A DNA stretch of 62,349 bases, the filler included, from Basidiobolus ranarum (Eukaryota), in NCBI GenBank assembly GCA_040143965.1. It is 12 parts of 12 records of this genome, joined end to end, with 100 filler letters (N's around TTAATTAATTAA, not from the genome) between each part and the next. Parts side by side here need not be neighbours in the genome. Positions count along the whole stretch, not along the records: positions 57,266 to 62,349 come from JASJQH010001719.1; 11 more parts are not named here. One strand, given 5' to 3'. Shown here piece after piece: positions 61,201 to 62,349 of the stretch. The notes under the pieces are model-generated. The model saw nothing but the letters and a program-made list of their open reading frames with translations. It was not told the DNA's origin and did no database searches. Both the position numbers and the translations under genes were made by a program. The stretch's first letter is position 1; the number at the start of each line of letters is the position of its first letter.

Positions 61201-61875
61201 AATCTAGAAGCACCTAATCAGAAAAAAGCAGTTTATCAGAACAATTTTTGATGACTGATATGAGTGATTTAGATTTTTTCTGAAAATCCAAATTAAGAGA
61301 GAAAAACCCAATCAGAAAATCCTGCTGAATCAGTCCAGATACATCCTTTACATTCTAAAATGCTCCAACATGGAGAATAGCAAGCCTGTATTAACACCAA
61401 TGGATCTCAATGTGAAATTAATCAATGTATCATCCAATTTGTCCCAAAATGACTCATATGAAAGCCAGGAGTTACTTATCAATCCATGGTGGGTATTTAA
61501 TGTATACAAAGGTTGGAACACATCCATACATTGCTGTGACAGTGCGGACTGTCAGCAAATAGCTCAAAAATCCAGGATCTGAGCCCAAAACTGCAGGAAA
61601 ACAAATATTTCAGTATTTGAGAGGAACTGTAGCTCCAGTTCTGGAATACTCTGCCACTCCTGATGCACAAAATCTCAAAGGCTTCAATGATGCAGACTGG
61701 GGAAGAAACCTTGATTATTGGAGAGCAACAACTGGGTACACTTTTGTCTATGGTGATGGAGCCATTACTTGGAATAGTATGAAGCAACCAACCATTGCAC
61801 TCTCCACTACAGAAGCAGCAAATATGGGTGCCTATGCTACTACACAAGAAGCTATGTGGTTGAGAAAGGTATAAA
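61200..61875 (+). mobile_element. Copia family A RT/RNase H fragment, opposite orientation to its neighbour
   Basis: MENSKPV.TPMD, GFNDADWG, TGY.F, KQPTIALSTTEA. Confidence 0.85.
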
Positions 61876-62349
61876 CTTGTTCCATTTTATTGAGCCAGAT
61901 GAGGCCTGCTAAGAAGTATGCCAGCACAAATTGGCATGATTGGCCACTATCCAGCATGATGTTATTTACCATCTTGGAAACAATTTATTTCATTATGTGG
62001 CATATTTAGGAATATTACTTTTAGACATTATTACATATTCAAAAGATGATTAAAGCTTTATTCATAGTTTCTTAAGTCTAGAGCTCTCAATGGATATCTT
62101 TGAGTACAAATGTGTTGAAAATTAATCAAGATTTTGACTACTTTGCCTAACTTTGATTGAGGCCACAAAATGATTTTCCTCTATACTTTCCTGCTACAAT
62201 GTCATATCTCTTCAGGAAACCAAACCTATGTTCTACTCTTGCTCTAAAATGGGAAAAATGTTGTTATAAAGCTTTTGCCTCTCTGTGGGTATCCCTCCTG
62301 TGGGCCTCTTGTTAGCAGTGACACATCATAGCCTTCTGCATTCTTCCCC

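Overview
This is not a contiguous locus. It is 12 unrelated ~5.1-kb eukaryotic contigs joined by artificial 100-nt N/TTAATTAATTAA/N spacers, in strictly decreasing length order (5116 down to 5084 nt). The gene content, short GT-AG introns and AT-richness point to a fungus, probably early-diverging (inference from the intronless bacterial-style NRPS and protein style; Basidiobolus-like is only a guess). Genic contigs carry RPL11, mitochondrial ClpX, GTP cyclohydrolase II, HIRA/Hir1, two divergent DPP-IV paralogs, D-2-hydroxyglutarate/D-lactate dehydrogenase, alanine-glyoxylate aminotransferase, Rei1, BiP/Kar2, an alpha-arrestin, an AAG/MPG-fold protein, the 3' end of an NRPS and a GILT reductase. 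Four contigs are mostly nested, CpG-depleted Copia, Gypsy and CACTA relics. Best leads: (1) an intronless 775-aa Cys-rich orphan whose C-terminal half has class I terpene-synthase-like motif spacing with non-canonical residues; (2) an NRPS ending A-T-E-TE; (3) in-frame TAG codons in two adjacent, otherwise intact housekeeping genes; (4) an MPG-fold + HTH protein; (5) LTRs nested in inverted orientation within their own family.
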